Shown here: one piece after another, positions 45,566 to 56,870 of the stretch
Layout: each line of letters opens with the position of its first letter
Position numbering within the stretch: position 1 is the stretch's first letter
Source of the DNA: an uncultured delta proteobacterium
Lineage (GTDB): Bacteria > Myxococcota > Myxococcia > Myxococcales > Myxococcaceae
NCBI GenBank assembly: GCA_963796055.1
Contig: CAWCKH010000001.1
Span: 1-64,000 of the forward strand
DNA length: 64,000 nucleotides
Direction of reading: 5' to 3'
The notes under the pieces: generated by a model
What the model was told of the DNA's origin: nothing
Seen by the model: only the letters and a program-made list of their open reading frames with translations
The model's database searches: none
Translations under genes and position numbers: made by a program

Positions 45566-46611
45566 CTCTGCCCGAGCCGGTCTCGGTCGACGTGCTTCCG
45601 GAAGTCCGGGTCCTGCCGCGCCCGGGGCCCCGGCCGGCGCGACCGCTCCGGGTGGCGGCCCTCGGCGGAGGGACCGGGCTGCCGGTCGTGCTCCGCGGGC
45701 TGGCCCGACGCGCGCGGCCCCGGAACGGCCGGGCCGGCATCGAGATCACCGCGGTGGTGGCGATGAGCGACGACGGGGGCAGCTCCGGCCGCCTCCGCCG
45801 GACCCGAGGCTTGCTGCCCCCGGGAGACGTGCGGAACTGCCTGGTGGCGCTGTCCGGCTCGCCCGGCGCCCTGGCGGACGTGTTGCAACACCGGTTTGGC
45901 GGACGGGGATCACTGGCCGGACACGCGCTGGGAAACCTGCTCCTGGCCGCGCTGGCCGAGATGCACGGCGACTTCCTCCAGGCGATCCGCACCGCCTCCC
46001 GGCTGCTCGACACCCGGGGGACGGTGCTCCCCTCCACCGTGGACCCGGTGCAGCTGGCGGCCGAGCTGGAGGACGGGCGTCGGGTGCTCGGGGAGCGCCA
46101 CCTCGCCGGGGCGGGCACCCGGGTGCGCCGGGTGTTCCTCCATCCGGTGCGGCCGGCCCCCGCGGACGGTGTGCTCGAGGCCATCGCCTCGGCCGACCTC
46201 GTCACCCTGGGTCCGGGCTCGCTGTACTCCAGCGTCCTTCCGAATCTCCTGGTGGACGGAGTGGCCGAGGCGCTACAGGCCACCCGGGCCCGCCGCGTCC
46301 TGGTGGCCAACCTCATGACCGAGCCCGGAGAGACCGGGGGAATGAGCGCCGTCGACCACGTTCGCGCGGTGCTGGAGCACGCCGGTCCAGTGGTGGACGT
46401 GGTCCTGCTGAACTCGGCTCCCCTCGGAGGCGCCCGGCTCGGCCGCTACGCGCTGACCGGGGCCGAGCCTGTGGCGATCGACCTCGATCGCCTCCGGGCA
46501 CTGGGTGCGGTTCCGGTCCAGGCGGATCTGCTCCGGGCGGGTCCCAGGTTGCGGCACGATGCCCGGAAACTCCGGAAGGCCCTGCTCTCCGTGGTCTCCG
46601 GGCAGGGATGA
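45562..46611 (+). CDS. YvcK/GlmR-family (gluconeogenesis factor, ExoF-like) protein
   Basis: GGGTG, DDGGSSG.LR, PPGD.RN, GH.LGN and GPGSLYSSV.PNL; ATGA overlap with the upstream gene. Confidence 0.92.
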   Translation: MTLPEPVSVDVLPEVRVLPRPGPRPARPLRVAALGGGTGLPVVLRGLARRARPRNGRAGIEITAVVAMSDDGGSSGRLRRTRGLLPPGDVRNCLVALSGSPGALADVLQHRFGGRGSLAGHALGNLLLAALAEMHGDFLQAIRTASRLLDTRGTVLPSTVDPVQLAAELEDGRRVLGERHLAGAGTRVRRVFLHPVRPAPADGVLEAIASADLVTLGPGSLYSSVLPNLLVDGVAEALQATRARRVLVANLMTEPGETGGMSAVDHVRAVLEHAGPVVDVVLLNSAPLGGARLGRYALTGAEPVAIDLDRLRALGAVPVQADLLRAGPRLRHDARKLRKALLSVVSGQG

Positions 46612-46708
46612 GGCCGGCGTCGCTGACCGATGCCGACAGACCGCGCCGGACGCAGCGCTCCCGGGCGGCCGGAGGGTAGCGCGCGCGAGGAGCCGGCCGG
46701 GCTGCTCC

Positions 46709-47515
46709 TCAGCGCTTCGTGGCCTCGATCAGGAAGATCCGTGGAATGGCCGGGACCCAGCGTGGCACCACGAGCCAGGGCCAGCGGCCCACCTCCGCGG
46801 CGAGAGTTGCGAGGTCGTGGGCGATGACGCTCCACCCGAGTGGCGCGAGGAGCGCCTCGGGTTCGTCCGTCCCGAAGCGCCAGGGGGCGCCGAGGCTCTC
46901 CACGAACTCGAGCATCGGAAGGACCAGCGGCATGTCCAGCAGGGTGCGGCCGAACACGTCCCCGAGCAGCTCGCTCCCGGAGGCCGAGAGTTCATCGAGC
47001 CGCTCGAGGAGCCCGTCGACGAGCGCCTGGTCGAGGTAGGCAAGCAGTCCCTCGACGAGCCACAACGTCCGATGCTCCGGACGGAAGCCGTGTGCCACCA
47101 GTGCCGCGGGCCAGTCCTGCGCGAGATCGATCGCCACCTCCACCCGGTTGCAGCGCGGCACCGCAGCGCCCAGCCGCTCGCGCTTGAGCTCGAGGACCTC
47201 GGGCAGATCGATCTCGAAGAGCCGCGTTCCGGCCGGCCACTCGAGCCGGAAAGCCCGGGAGTCCATTCCGGCGGCGAGGAGCACCACCTGTGACCCGCGA
47301 ACGATTCGCTGGTCGAAGAACCGCGTCCGGACAGGGACGGTCGGCGCCTCGAAGGGCGCGATGACCCACGCGGCGTCGAGCACCTCGAAGCCCTCCGGGC
47401 CTGCGAGGGTTCGGGCGAACGGGTCGTGGAAGAGCGCGTCGGGGCGCTCGCTCTCGACCGCTCGCAACGCAGCCGCCCACACGGAGGTCAGCGCGACGCC
47501 GTGCACCGCCGTCAC
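46709..47515 (-). CDS. SAM-dependent methyltransferase (LCM/TIGR00027-like)
   Basis: RA.ESER.D.LF.DP.A, RTRFFD, QVVLLAAGMDSR, EID and W..EGL..YL. Confidence 0.9.
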   Translation of the reverse strand: MTAVHGVALTSVWAAALRAVESERPDALFHDPFARTLAGPEGFEVLDAAWVIAPFEAPTVPVRTRFFDQRIVRGSQVVLLAAGMDSRAFRLEWPAGTRLFEIDLPEVLELKRERLGAAVPRCNRVEVAIDLAQDWPAALVAHGFRPEHRTLWLVEGLLAYLDQALVDGLLERLDELSASGSELLGDVFGRTLLDMPLVLPMLEFVESLGAPWRFGTDEPEALLAPLGWSVIAHDLATLAAEVGRWPWLVVPRWVPAIPRIFLIEATKR

Positions 47516-47653
47516 CTCGGCTTCTGGGTCAGACCCACGCCGAGGATACGCGGGAGCTCCGCGCCCGGTCAGCCCGCGCCTCGAACTGCCTCGAGCACCC
47601 AGCCCGCGCGGACGAGCCGAGACCACACCCGAAGTGGGTCGTCCATCCGTCCT

Positions 47654-48331
47654 TCAGGTTGCATCGACGCCGAGGAGTCGCGCCAGCTCCTCGCCGGTAT
47701 CGGCGGCCTCGGCGCCGGTGGCGAGCACCTCCTGCGGCCGGAAGCCCCACAGCACCCCCACCGGGCGCATCGAGGCGGCGCGGGCGGTGAGGATGTCCAC
47801 GCCGGTGTCGCCGACGAAAGCCACCGACTCGGGCGGGGCGGCGAGCGCATCCGCCAGCGCCAGCGCCGAGGCCGGATCCGGCTTGCGAGGCACGCCGGGA
47901 CGCTCGCCGAAGACGGCGCGGAACTCCCACTGGCTGCAGAGCGCATCGACCAGTTGCCGCGTGGGTCCATCGGGCTTGTTGCTCAGGACGGCCACCGGCA
48001 CGCGGGCGGACTGCAGCGCGTCGAGCACCCGAGCGATGCCGGGGAAGAGCCGCGTCTCGTCGAGGAGGTGCTCGGCGTAATCGGCCTGGTAGGCGGCAAC
48101 GAAGGCTTCGCGCATCGCCTCGGCGCCGGGCGGGAGCGCGCGCTCCACCAGCTTTCGCACCCCCTCGCCGACGAAGGTGCGGTAGGCCGACACCGGGTGC
48201 ACCGGAAACCCCTGCGCGGCGAGCGTCCGGTTCATCGCCGAGGCGATGTCGGCCAGCGAGTCGGCCAGGGTGCCGTCGAGGTCGAAGATCACCCCGCCCG
48301 GGCGGTCGGCGGAAGTGCCGGACGGGTCCAC
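47654..48331 (-). CDS. HAD-family phosphatase (Gph-like)
   Basis: FDLDGTL.DS, SNK, KPDP and VGD...D. Confidence 0.9.
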   Translation of the reverse strand: MDPSGTSADRPGGVIFDLDGTLADSLADIASAMNRTLAAQGFPVHPVSAYRTFVGEGVRKLVERALPPGAEAMREAFVAAYQADYAEHLLDETRLFPGIARVLDALQSARVPVAVLSNKPDGPTRQLVDALCSQWEFRAVFGERPGVPRKPDPASALALADALAAPPESVAFVGDTGVDILTARAASMRPVGVLWGFRPQEVLATGAEAADTGEELARLLGVDAT

Positions 48332-48339
48332 CGGCTCGC

Positions 48340-49278
48340 TCAGGGGGACCCGGTGAGCTGCTGCCGCAGCTGGGCCACGCCGGCGCGGAGCTGGGGCGGC
48401 ACGTTCTGGGGCGGGGTGACCGCGAGGTAGCCCTCGAAGTCCTGCAGCGCCTCCCGGGGCTCCTGGGCCTGCATGTGGATCATCCCCCGGAAGATGAGCG
48501 CCGAGCTCCCATCCGGGTAGAGGTCGGCCAGCCTCCCCAGCTCGGCCATTCCCGCCTCCCTCTGCCCCTGGACGACCTTCAGGAAGGCGCGGTGGACCCG
48601 CAGCTCGGTGCGGAAGGGGTCCACTCCCAGCGCACGCTCGTTGAGCTCCTGCGCCTGCTGGAAGTCGCTCCGGGTGATGAGCTCGCGGATGACCTCCCCG
48701 GTGAGTGCCAGGTCCCCGCCGGGGTTGTCCCTGACCTGCGCCAGCGCGGTCTGGAATTCGCGGTCCTGGGCCTCGGCGCCCGGTGCCCCCGGCCCGCCGC
48801 GGCCGACGGTCCCGGTGGCGGTCTCGCCCTCGGCGCGCGGCTTCTGCTCCTGCGAGAGCCAGAGCCCGAGCGCCCCGAAGAAGACCACCACCCCCGCGCC
48901 CCAGGCTGCGCCCACCAGCTGAGGGTGCCGGCCGAAGAAGCCGCTGGGCACCGCGGCAGCGGTGGCCCGAGCGCCCTTCTTCCCGGAAGCCGCCGTCTCC
49001 GGTCCCTTCGCCACCTCGTCCCGGGCCCGCATCGCGTCCGCCGCAGCGTGCTCCAGCCGGTCGTGCTCCTCCTGCCAGGCAGCAGGGTCCATCTGGTGCT
49101 TCTCGGCCTGGTGCTCGCGCAGCTGGGACAGCAGCGATTCGACCCGGCGCTGCGCGTCCGTGCTCCGGTCGACAGGGACCACGGCGGCGCGCTTCCGGCC
49201 GAAGAGGAGGTACAGCGCCCCGGCGACGAGCCCGAGCGACAGCACGACGATGCCTGGAATCCAGTGGCTCTCGGTCAC
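48340..49278 (-). CDS. CcmI/CycH-like TPR membrane protein
   Basis: Two TM segments followed by TPR-like helices; GTGA overlap with ccmH. Confidence 0.7.
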   Translation of the reverse strand: MTESHWIPGIVVLSLGLVAGALYLLFGRKRAAVVPVDRSTDAQRRVESLLSQLREHQAEKHQMDPAAWQEEHDRLEHAAADAMRARDEVAKGPETAASGKKGARATAAAVPSGFFGRHPQLVGAAWGAGVVVFFGALGLWLSQEQKPRAEGETATGTVGRGGPGAPGAEAQDREFQTALAQVRDNPGGDLALTGEVIRELITRSDFQQAQELNERALGVDPFRTELRVHRAFLKVVQGQREAGMAELGRLADLYPDGSSALIFRGMIHMQAQEPREALQDFEGYLAVTPPQNVPPQLRAGVAQLRQQLTGSP

Positions 49279-49748
49279 CGGCGCAGCTCCGCCCGCACCG
49301 CCTCGAGGTACGGGTCGTCCGCCGCGGCGCGCGGCTTCTCCGGCTCCGTCTCCGGCGGGGCAGCAGCGGGGGCGGGCACCGGGCGCCGCATGGTCCGGGC
49401 GATGGCCAGCCCTCCGCCGACGAGGAGCGCCAGCGGCAGCAGCCAGACCAAGAGATTCATCCCGCTGGCCGGCGGCTCGAGCAGCGCCCACTCGCCGTAG
49501 CGGGAGGTGAAGTAGTCGCGGATCTCCTGGTCCGTCTTCCCGGCGGCGACCAGCTCGCGGACCTTGTCCATCTGTGCCCGCGCCGCGGACGAGCCGGAGT
49601 CGGCGATGGAGAGCCCCTGGCACATCGGGCAGCGGAGCTGCTTGCCGAGCGCCTGGACCCGGGCCTCGCGCGGCGGGTCGAGCAACGCGCTCCCGGCCTG
49701 CTGCGGGGCGTACGTCGAGAGGACGAGGCCGAGCACCAGGGCGGTCAT
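49275..49748 (-). CDS. ccmH: Cytochrome c maturation protein CcmH (N-terminal domain)
   Basis: LRCPMCQGLSIADS, YF..RYGE..L..P and LVW..P. Confidence 0.92.
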   Translation of the reverse strand: MTALVLGLVLSTYAPQQAGSALLDPPREARVQALGKQLRCPMCQGLSIADSGSSAARAQMDKVRELVAAGKTDQEIRDYFTSRYGEWALLEPPASGMNLLVWLLPLALLVGGGLAIARTMRRPVPAPAAAPPETEPEKPRAAADDPYLEAVRAELRR

Positions 49749-50298
49749 CGGATGACCTCGGACACCGGGCCCGCCGGCTGCTTCAGCGCGGCGAGCTTCT
49801 TCATCATCGTGCGCGGGTCGATGGGGAAGGCCACCTTGTCGCGGATGATGCCGCTGGCGTCGATGAAGTAGGTCTCGGGGATACCGGTCACCCCGTAGTC
49901 GACCGCCATCCGCGACCGCTCGTCCACCAGCTGCGGGAAGCTCGGATCCGGCGTACCGGCGAACGCGCGGGCGTTCTCCTCGGTGTCCTCGAACACCACC
50001 CCGAAGAACTGGACCTCCTGGCCGAACCGCTCTGCCGCCATGGCGACGACCGGGTGCTCCATCTTGCAGGGGCCGCACCAGCTCGCCCAGAAGTTGAGGA
50101 CCAGAGGCTTGCCCTTCAAGTCGGACAGCTTCACCGGAGTGCCGTTGTCCAAGCGCTTCAGGGTGAAGTCTGGCGCCGGCTTGCCCCGAAGCTGGAAGGG
50201 GACCTCGTGCGGATCCCTCCCGAAGCCCTTGGCCAGCACGAAGAGCAGCACCCCGGTGACCGCGGCGAGCGACAGGCCGATCCACAGCCCACGCCTGC

Positions 50299-50302
<4 letters not shown>
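49745..50302 (-). CDS. ccmG: Thiol:disulfide oxidoreductase CcmG/DsbE
   Basis: N-terminal TM, NFWASWCGPC..E and YGV.G.PETYFID. Confidence 0.9.
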
Positions 50303-52307
<2,005 letters not shown>

Positions 52308-52311
<4 letters not shown>

Positions 52312-52781
52312 CGGGCCTCCGCCGTGGGCGCCGAGACCGTGGTCTTCCACCTGTCCGGCCCATCCCCGGGCTTGGGCGGACGGTACTCGTTGGAGTGGTT
52401 CACCATGAGGCGCGACGAGGTGAACGTCTGTGACTTGTCGAACGTTCCCTCGACGACCACGCCGATCTTTTCGCGGAACATCTGAGGCGGCGTCTCGGTG
52501 GACTGGACCATGACCGAGGGCGCGCCCGGCGCCGTGCTGTCGGCGACCCGGAAGGTGAGGTGGGTCCGGGCCGCATCCCACTGGAGACTCCCCGGCTGCA
52601 CGATGCCTCCCAGGCGGATAGTGGGGCCGTAGGCCTTGCTCCCCTGGGCGAGCATCTCTCCCGGGGTCCAGTAGAAGACCAGGTTCTTCCCGATGTTTCC
52701 GAAGGCGACGTAGGCCAGACCGGCGCCGGCAGTGAGCAGCGCGACCAGGGCGATCAGGCGATTGCGGGTGGTGGGGTTCAC
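52308..52781 (-). CDS. ccmE: Heme chaperone CcmE
   Basis: FY.TP.E, IRLGG.V..GS, P..FRE...VV.EG and HSNEY (HxxxY). Confidence 0.93.
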
Positions 52782-52933
52782 TTCCGCTCCTCCCGCGGCC
52801 AGCGGGCCCACAGCGACAGGGCGTAGAGCACGATGCCCGTCCAGGCGATGCCGTACGCCGTCCAGACGTAGCCCCAGCCCCCGCGGATTCTTCCCTCGCC
52901 GACCGCGGCGAGGACCAGGCTCAAGGTGTTCAC
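52778..52933 (-). CDS. ccmD: CcmD-like small membrane protein
   Basis: 51 aa with YVWTAYG plus a TM segment; 4-bp overlaps with both ccmC and ccmE. Confidence 0.75.
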   Translation of the reverse strand: MNTLSLVLAAVGEGRIRGGWGYVWTAYGIAWTGIVLYALSLWARWPREERK

Positions 52934-53622
52934 GAGACCACCGCCTCTCGGGGGCGGGGTGACACGTCCGGCACCGTCGTCTCCCGCATCCGGGCGGCCA
53001 GCGCGATCCGGTAGCGGGCCACGAGGAAGACGATCAGCACCGCCAGGAAGGCGAAGGCGTTCCAGCGGAGGGCGATCACCATCTGTGGGTCCACCGTCTT
53101 CGGGCTGGACTGGACCTGGTGGAGGCTCTTCCACCACTTCACGCTGAAGTACACGACCGGGACGTCCACCGCGATGATGATGCCCACCACCGCGGACCAG
53201 ACGGCCCGGCGGTCCGGGTCGTCCACGAAGCGCCGGAGCGCGAGGTACCCGGCGTAGGCCACCAGCAGGATGGCCATGGTGGTCAGCCGGGGGTCCCAGG
53301 CCCAGTACACGCCCCAGGTTGGCCGCCCCCAGATCGCGCCGAGGAGGATGGCGATGGTGCCGAAGCAGAGCCCCACCTCGGCGGTGGCCTCGGCGAAGGC
53401 GTCCTTCTTCCAGGAGGCCTTCCAGAGGTAGCTGACGCAGGTGCCGAAGTTCATCGTCGCCGCCAGGAGCGCCATCCAGGCGGCGGGCACGTGCATGTAC
53501 ATGATGCGCTGCACGTGACCCATCTCGCGGTCGGGCGGCGCCCAGGCGAGCCCGATCCAGGCCCCCGAGACGAGGAGGGCGAAGGCGAGCAACACGAACC
53601 CGATGCGGACCGGCTTGCTCAT
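52930..53622 (-). CDS. ccmC: Heme exporter subunit CcmC
   Basis: RIMYMHVP.AW, G..WG.PTWG.YW.WDPRLT and WW.SLHQ. Confidence 0.95.
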   Translation of the reverse strand: MSKPVRIGFVLLAFALLVSGAWIGLAWAPPDREMGHVQRIMYMHVPAAWMALLAATMNFGTCVSYLWKASWKKDAFAEATAEVGLCFGTIAILLGAIWGRPTWGVYWAWDPRLTTMAILLVAYAGYLALRRFVDDPDRRAVWSAVVGIIIAVDVPVVYFSVKWWKSLHQVQSSPKTVDPQMVIALRWNAFAFLAVLIVFLVARYRIALAARMRETTVPDVSPRPREAVVS

Positions 53623-53642
53623 AGGAGAGAATCCATGCGTGC

Positions 53643-54329
53643 TTACTCCTCGACAACCCGGGGGAACAACAGGACCCCCAGTCCCCAGTAGATGAGATCG
53701 AAGCTGGTCAGCAGCGCCAGCCATGAGGGGAATTGACCCATCGGGTCCCCCTCGAACACCAGTGCCGTCCCCTTGGCGGCCGCGACGAGCGCGGGGATGA
53801 GGATGGGAAAGAGCAGGAGCGGCAGGAGCACGTCCCGGGCGCGGGCGTGGCTGGCGATGGCCCCATACAGAGTGCCCGGCGCGGCGATGGCCAGGCAGCC
53901 GAGCCCGATCAGCCCGAGGAGCTGACCCCAGGGAAGGACGATCCGAACGTCGAGGAGGGCCACCAGGACCGGGACCAGGAGCACTCCCAGCCCGGCGAGC
54001 AGCACTGCGTTGGCCACCGCCTTGGCGAGGAAGATGGCCCGGGCGTTCACCGGCACCAGGCGCAGACCCTCCAGCGCGGCGTTCTCCCGCTCGACCCGGA
54101 ACGATTCACCGAGCGCCAGCACGCTGGCCAGCAGCAGCGCGAGCCACAGGTACCCGCCGGCGTTCCTCCGGAGCAATGCGGTGTCCGGCCCGAGCGCGAA
54201 GGAGAAGAGCAGCAAGGTGGCGAGGGAGAAGAAGACCAGCGCGTTCACCCGCGCGCGCGAGCGCCACTCGAGCAGCAGGTCCTTGCGGAAGAGGACCCAC
54301 GTCGAGGCCACGAGGCCAGGGCGCCTCAT
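53643..54329 (-). CDS. ccmB: Heme exporter permease CcmB
   Basis: KDL..E.R, F..E.....LE.L and LLP.LL.P...P. Confidence 0.92.
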   Translation of the reverse strand: MRRPGLVASTWVLFRKDLLLEWRSRARVNALVFFSLATLLLFSFALGPDTALLRRNAGGYLWLALLLASVLALGESFRVERENAALEGLRLVPVNARAIFLAKAVANAVLLAGLGVLLVPVLVALLDVRIVLPWGQLLGLIGLGCLAIAAPGTLYGAIASHARARDVLLPLLLFPILIPALVAAAKGTALVFEGDPMGQFPSWLALLTSFDLIYWGLGVLLFPRVVEE

Positions 54330-54970
54330 GCGGCGATCGATCGTCCCTGTTCCAGATGTAATCGGTCCGTGCAGAGCTGAAGCCCCTGTTCGATGTGGTG
54401 CGTGGCGAGGACGAGCGTGGTGCCGGCGGCGCGCAGCTCCCGGATGCGGGCCTCGAGCTCCGCGACACCGCTCGGGTCCAGCTCGACGAAGGGCTCGTCG
54501 AGGAGCGCCACCGCCGGCTGCTTGAGGAAGAGCCGGGCCAGGGCGAGCCGCCGCCGCATCCCGGCGGAGTAGGTGCGCACCGGCCGGTCGTCCCCGGGCG
54601 ACAGCCCGAGTCGCTCCAGCGCCTCGCTGGCGGTCGACGCCGGCTCGCCGAGCAAGCGGGCGAGGACCTTGAGGTTCTCGAGGCCCGAGAGGTCCTCGTA
54701 GACGAAGTTGGCGTGGCTCAGCAGGCCCACCTGCTCGCGGACCTTCTCTGGCTCCACGGCGGAGTCGAGGCCCAGGACCTCCACCTTCCCCGACGACGGG
54801 CGCACCGCGGTCGCCAGGACCCGGAGCAGGGTCGTCTTGCCCGAGCCGTTGGGGCCGGTGAGGAGGACGGCGGCGCCGCGGCGCACCCTCAGCGACAGAC
54901 GGACGAGCGCCCACTGCGCCCCGTAGCGCTTGCTGACCTCGTGCAGCTGCAGGGCTGGGGCGAGTTCCAC
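54326..54970 (-). CDS. ccmA: Heme exporter ATPase CcmA
   Basis: GPNGSGKT, LSH, YSAG.RRRLALAR and LLDEPF; first gene of the ccm operon. Confidence 0.9.
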   Translation of the reverse strand: MELAPALQLHEVSKRYGAQWALVRLSLRVRRGAAVLLTGPNGSGKTTLLRVLATAVRPSSGKVEVLGLDSAVEPEKVREQVGLLSHANFVYEDLSGLENLKVLARLLGEPASTASEALERLGLSPGDDRPVRTYSAGMRRRLALARLFLKQPAVALLDEPFVELDPSGVAELEARIRELRAAGTTLVLATHHIEQGLQLCTDRLHLEQGRSIAA

Positions 54971-55012
54971 GTGGTCCGAGGGGGTGACTGTCCGAAATCC
55001 CGCGCAAACGCA

Positions 55013-55028
55013 AGCAGGCAACGTGCCA
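55013..55028 (-). promoter_or_regulatory. Putative sigma54 promoter of the ccm operon
   Basis: TGGCACGTTGCCTGCT (GG-N10-GC). Confidence 0.55.
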
Positions 55029-55116
55029 CCGTTCGGGCCTGACCCCGGTTGCGTGGAGTTCTTACAGCGGATCAGGCGCGGGCCGCGAATCTCCTCGTGA
55101 TTCGAGGCTGCTCGGA

Positions 55117-55132
55117 TGGCACCCGACCTGCA
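55117..55132 (+). promoter_or_regulatory. Putative sigma54 promoter of wzx
   Basis: TGGCACCCGACCTGCA (GG-N10-GC). Confidence 0.5.
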
Positions 55133-55305
55133 GAGGCTGCGTTTGGGGAGCGGGAGGGGATGGGAGAGGGCGACGCATTTGCGCCGAGCGGTGGATGGGC
55201 GGGCGGGCGGCTGGGAGAACCGAGGGGGCCGCCCGCCTGCTGGCCAACATCTGTGAGGGTCTCGGCTGTCGGTCCCGCGCACCGGACCCAACTTCCTCCA
55301 CACCG

Positions 55306-56859
55306 ATGAGCTCCCCTTCGTTCCTCCGGCGCGCGGGCCCGCTGGTCCTCGCCCGGTTCGCGAGCGCGGTGGTCACCACCGTCGTGCCGCTGGTGCTCGC
55401 CCGGGCGATGCCGATCGCGGAGTACGGGACGTACAAGCAGCTGTTCCTGGTGGGGGTGACGCTCACCGCCATCCTGGCCTTCGGCGTCCCGCAGAGCCTC
55501 TATTACTTCCTGCCGCGCACCGAGCGGGGACGGCCGTACATCATCCACGTCCTGGTGCTGCTGGCCGGAGCCGGGGCGGTGGCGGCGGCACTGGTGCTGG
55601 TGGCCACGCCATGGATCGGCCGGCTCTTCTCCGCGCCGAGCCTGCCCGAGTACCGGTACGCGCTCGCCACCTACGCCGGTTTCTTCCTCGCGGCGTCGCC
55701 GCTGGAGACCCTCTTCACCAGCCAGGGCCGCACCGGACTCGCCGCGTTGAACTACCTGGTCTGGGACACCCTTCGTGCCGCGGCGATGACCGTGCCCATC
55801 CTCCTGGGGCTGGGGCTGCAGGCGACGATGTGGAGCGTGGCAGGGCTGATGGTGGTCCGGGCGATCGCCACCTGGACGATGGCGGTGAACGCCGCCCCCG
55901 GGCCCTGGTGGAATGGCGCAGCGCTCAGGGCCCAGCTGGCGTATGCGCTCCCCTTCGGGGCGGCGATGGCCATCTCGGTGCCGCAGCACTCGCTGCATCA
56001 GTGGGTGGTGAGCGCGCAGTTCGATCCGGCGCTGTTCGCCATCTACACCGTGGGCTGCTTTCAGCTCCCCATCGTGGACCTCCTCTACACCCCCACCACC
56101 GAGGTGCTGATGGTGCACGTGGGCGAGCTGGAGCGGGCAGGACGCCTGGCGGACTCGGTGGGCCTGTCCCGGGACGCCTCGGCCCGGCTGGCGTTCGTCT
56201 TCGTCCCCAGCTGCGCCTTCCTGATCGCCGCGGCGCCGGCCTTCATCGAGGCCGTGTTCGGGGCGAAGTTCCTTTCCGCCGTGCCGCTCTTCCGGGTGAG
56301 CACCCTGGCGGTGCTGTTCGGGTGCTTCCCGCTGGACGGGCTCCTTCGCGCCCGGGGAGAGACCCGGGCCATCCTCCTCTCCTACGTGGTGAAGGCGCTG
56401 ATCACCGTCCCGCTGGTGCTGCTGCTGGTCGGGAGGTTCGGACTTATCGGCGGCGTCATCTCCTGGCTCGTCGCCGAGGCGGTGGGGAAGGTGCTTCTGG
56501 TGGCCCGGCTGCCGCGTGCGCTGCAGCTGGAGTCGCCGCGGCGGCTGCTCGGGCTCGTGCCTTTCCGGGACGGGCTCCGGGCGACCATCGCCGCGGGGGT
56601 GGCGGTGGCGGTGATGCTGGTCTGGGACCGGGTCATCGCCGGCCACTTCATCTCCCTGCCGCACACCTTCTTCTGGCGACTCTTCCCGGTGGGGTCGGAC
56701 GCGCTGGTCTTCACCCTGGCCTACGTCATGGTCCTGCACGCCCAGGGCATCCGGGTGCTCCGTGTGCTCTCCATGCTCCGCCGCGCGCGCCCGGTGTCGG
56801 CGCCCGTCCTTCCGGCCCAGCCCGATCCGGGAGAGGCGGCCGAGGCCCCGGTCCTCTGA
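55306..56859 (+). CDS. wzx: Wzx-family oligosaccharide flippase
   Basis: LAR.....EYG.Y, G...SL.YF.P, L.YALP and FA.Y.VG; about 12-14 TM segments. Confidence 0.85.
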   Translation: MSSPSFLRRAGPLVLARFASAVVTTVVPLVLARAMPIAEYGTYKQLFLVGVTLTAILAFGVPQSLYYFLPRTERGRPYIIHVLVLLAGAGAVAAALVLVATPWIGRLFSAPSLPEYRYALATYAGFFLAASPLETLFTSQGRTGLAALNYLVWDTLRAAAMTVPILLGLGLQATMWSVAGLMVVRAIATWTMAVNAAPGPWWNGAALRAQLAYALPFGAAMAISVPQHSLHQWVVSAQFDPALFAIYTVGCFQLPIVDLLYTPTTEVLMVHVGELERAGRLADSVGLSRDASARLAFVFVPSCAFLIAAAPAFIEAVFGAKFLSAVPLFRVSTLAVLFGCFPLDGLLRARGETRAILLSYVVKALITVPLVLLLVGRFGLIGGVISWLVAEAVGKVLLVARLPRALQLESPRRLLGLVPFRDGLRATIAAGVAVAVMLVWDRVIAGHFISLPHTFFWRLFPVGSDALVFTLAYVMVLHAQGIRVLRVLSMLRRARPVSAPVLPAQPDPGEAAEAPVL

Positions 56860-56870
56860 GGCGGCGAGCG

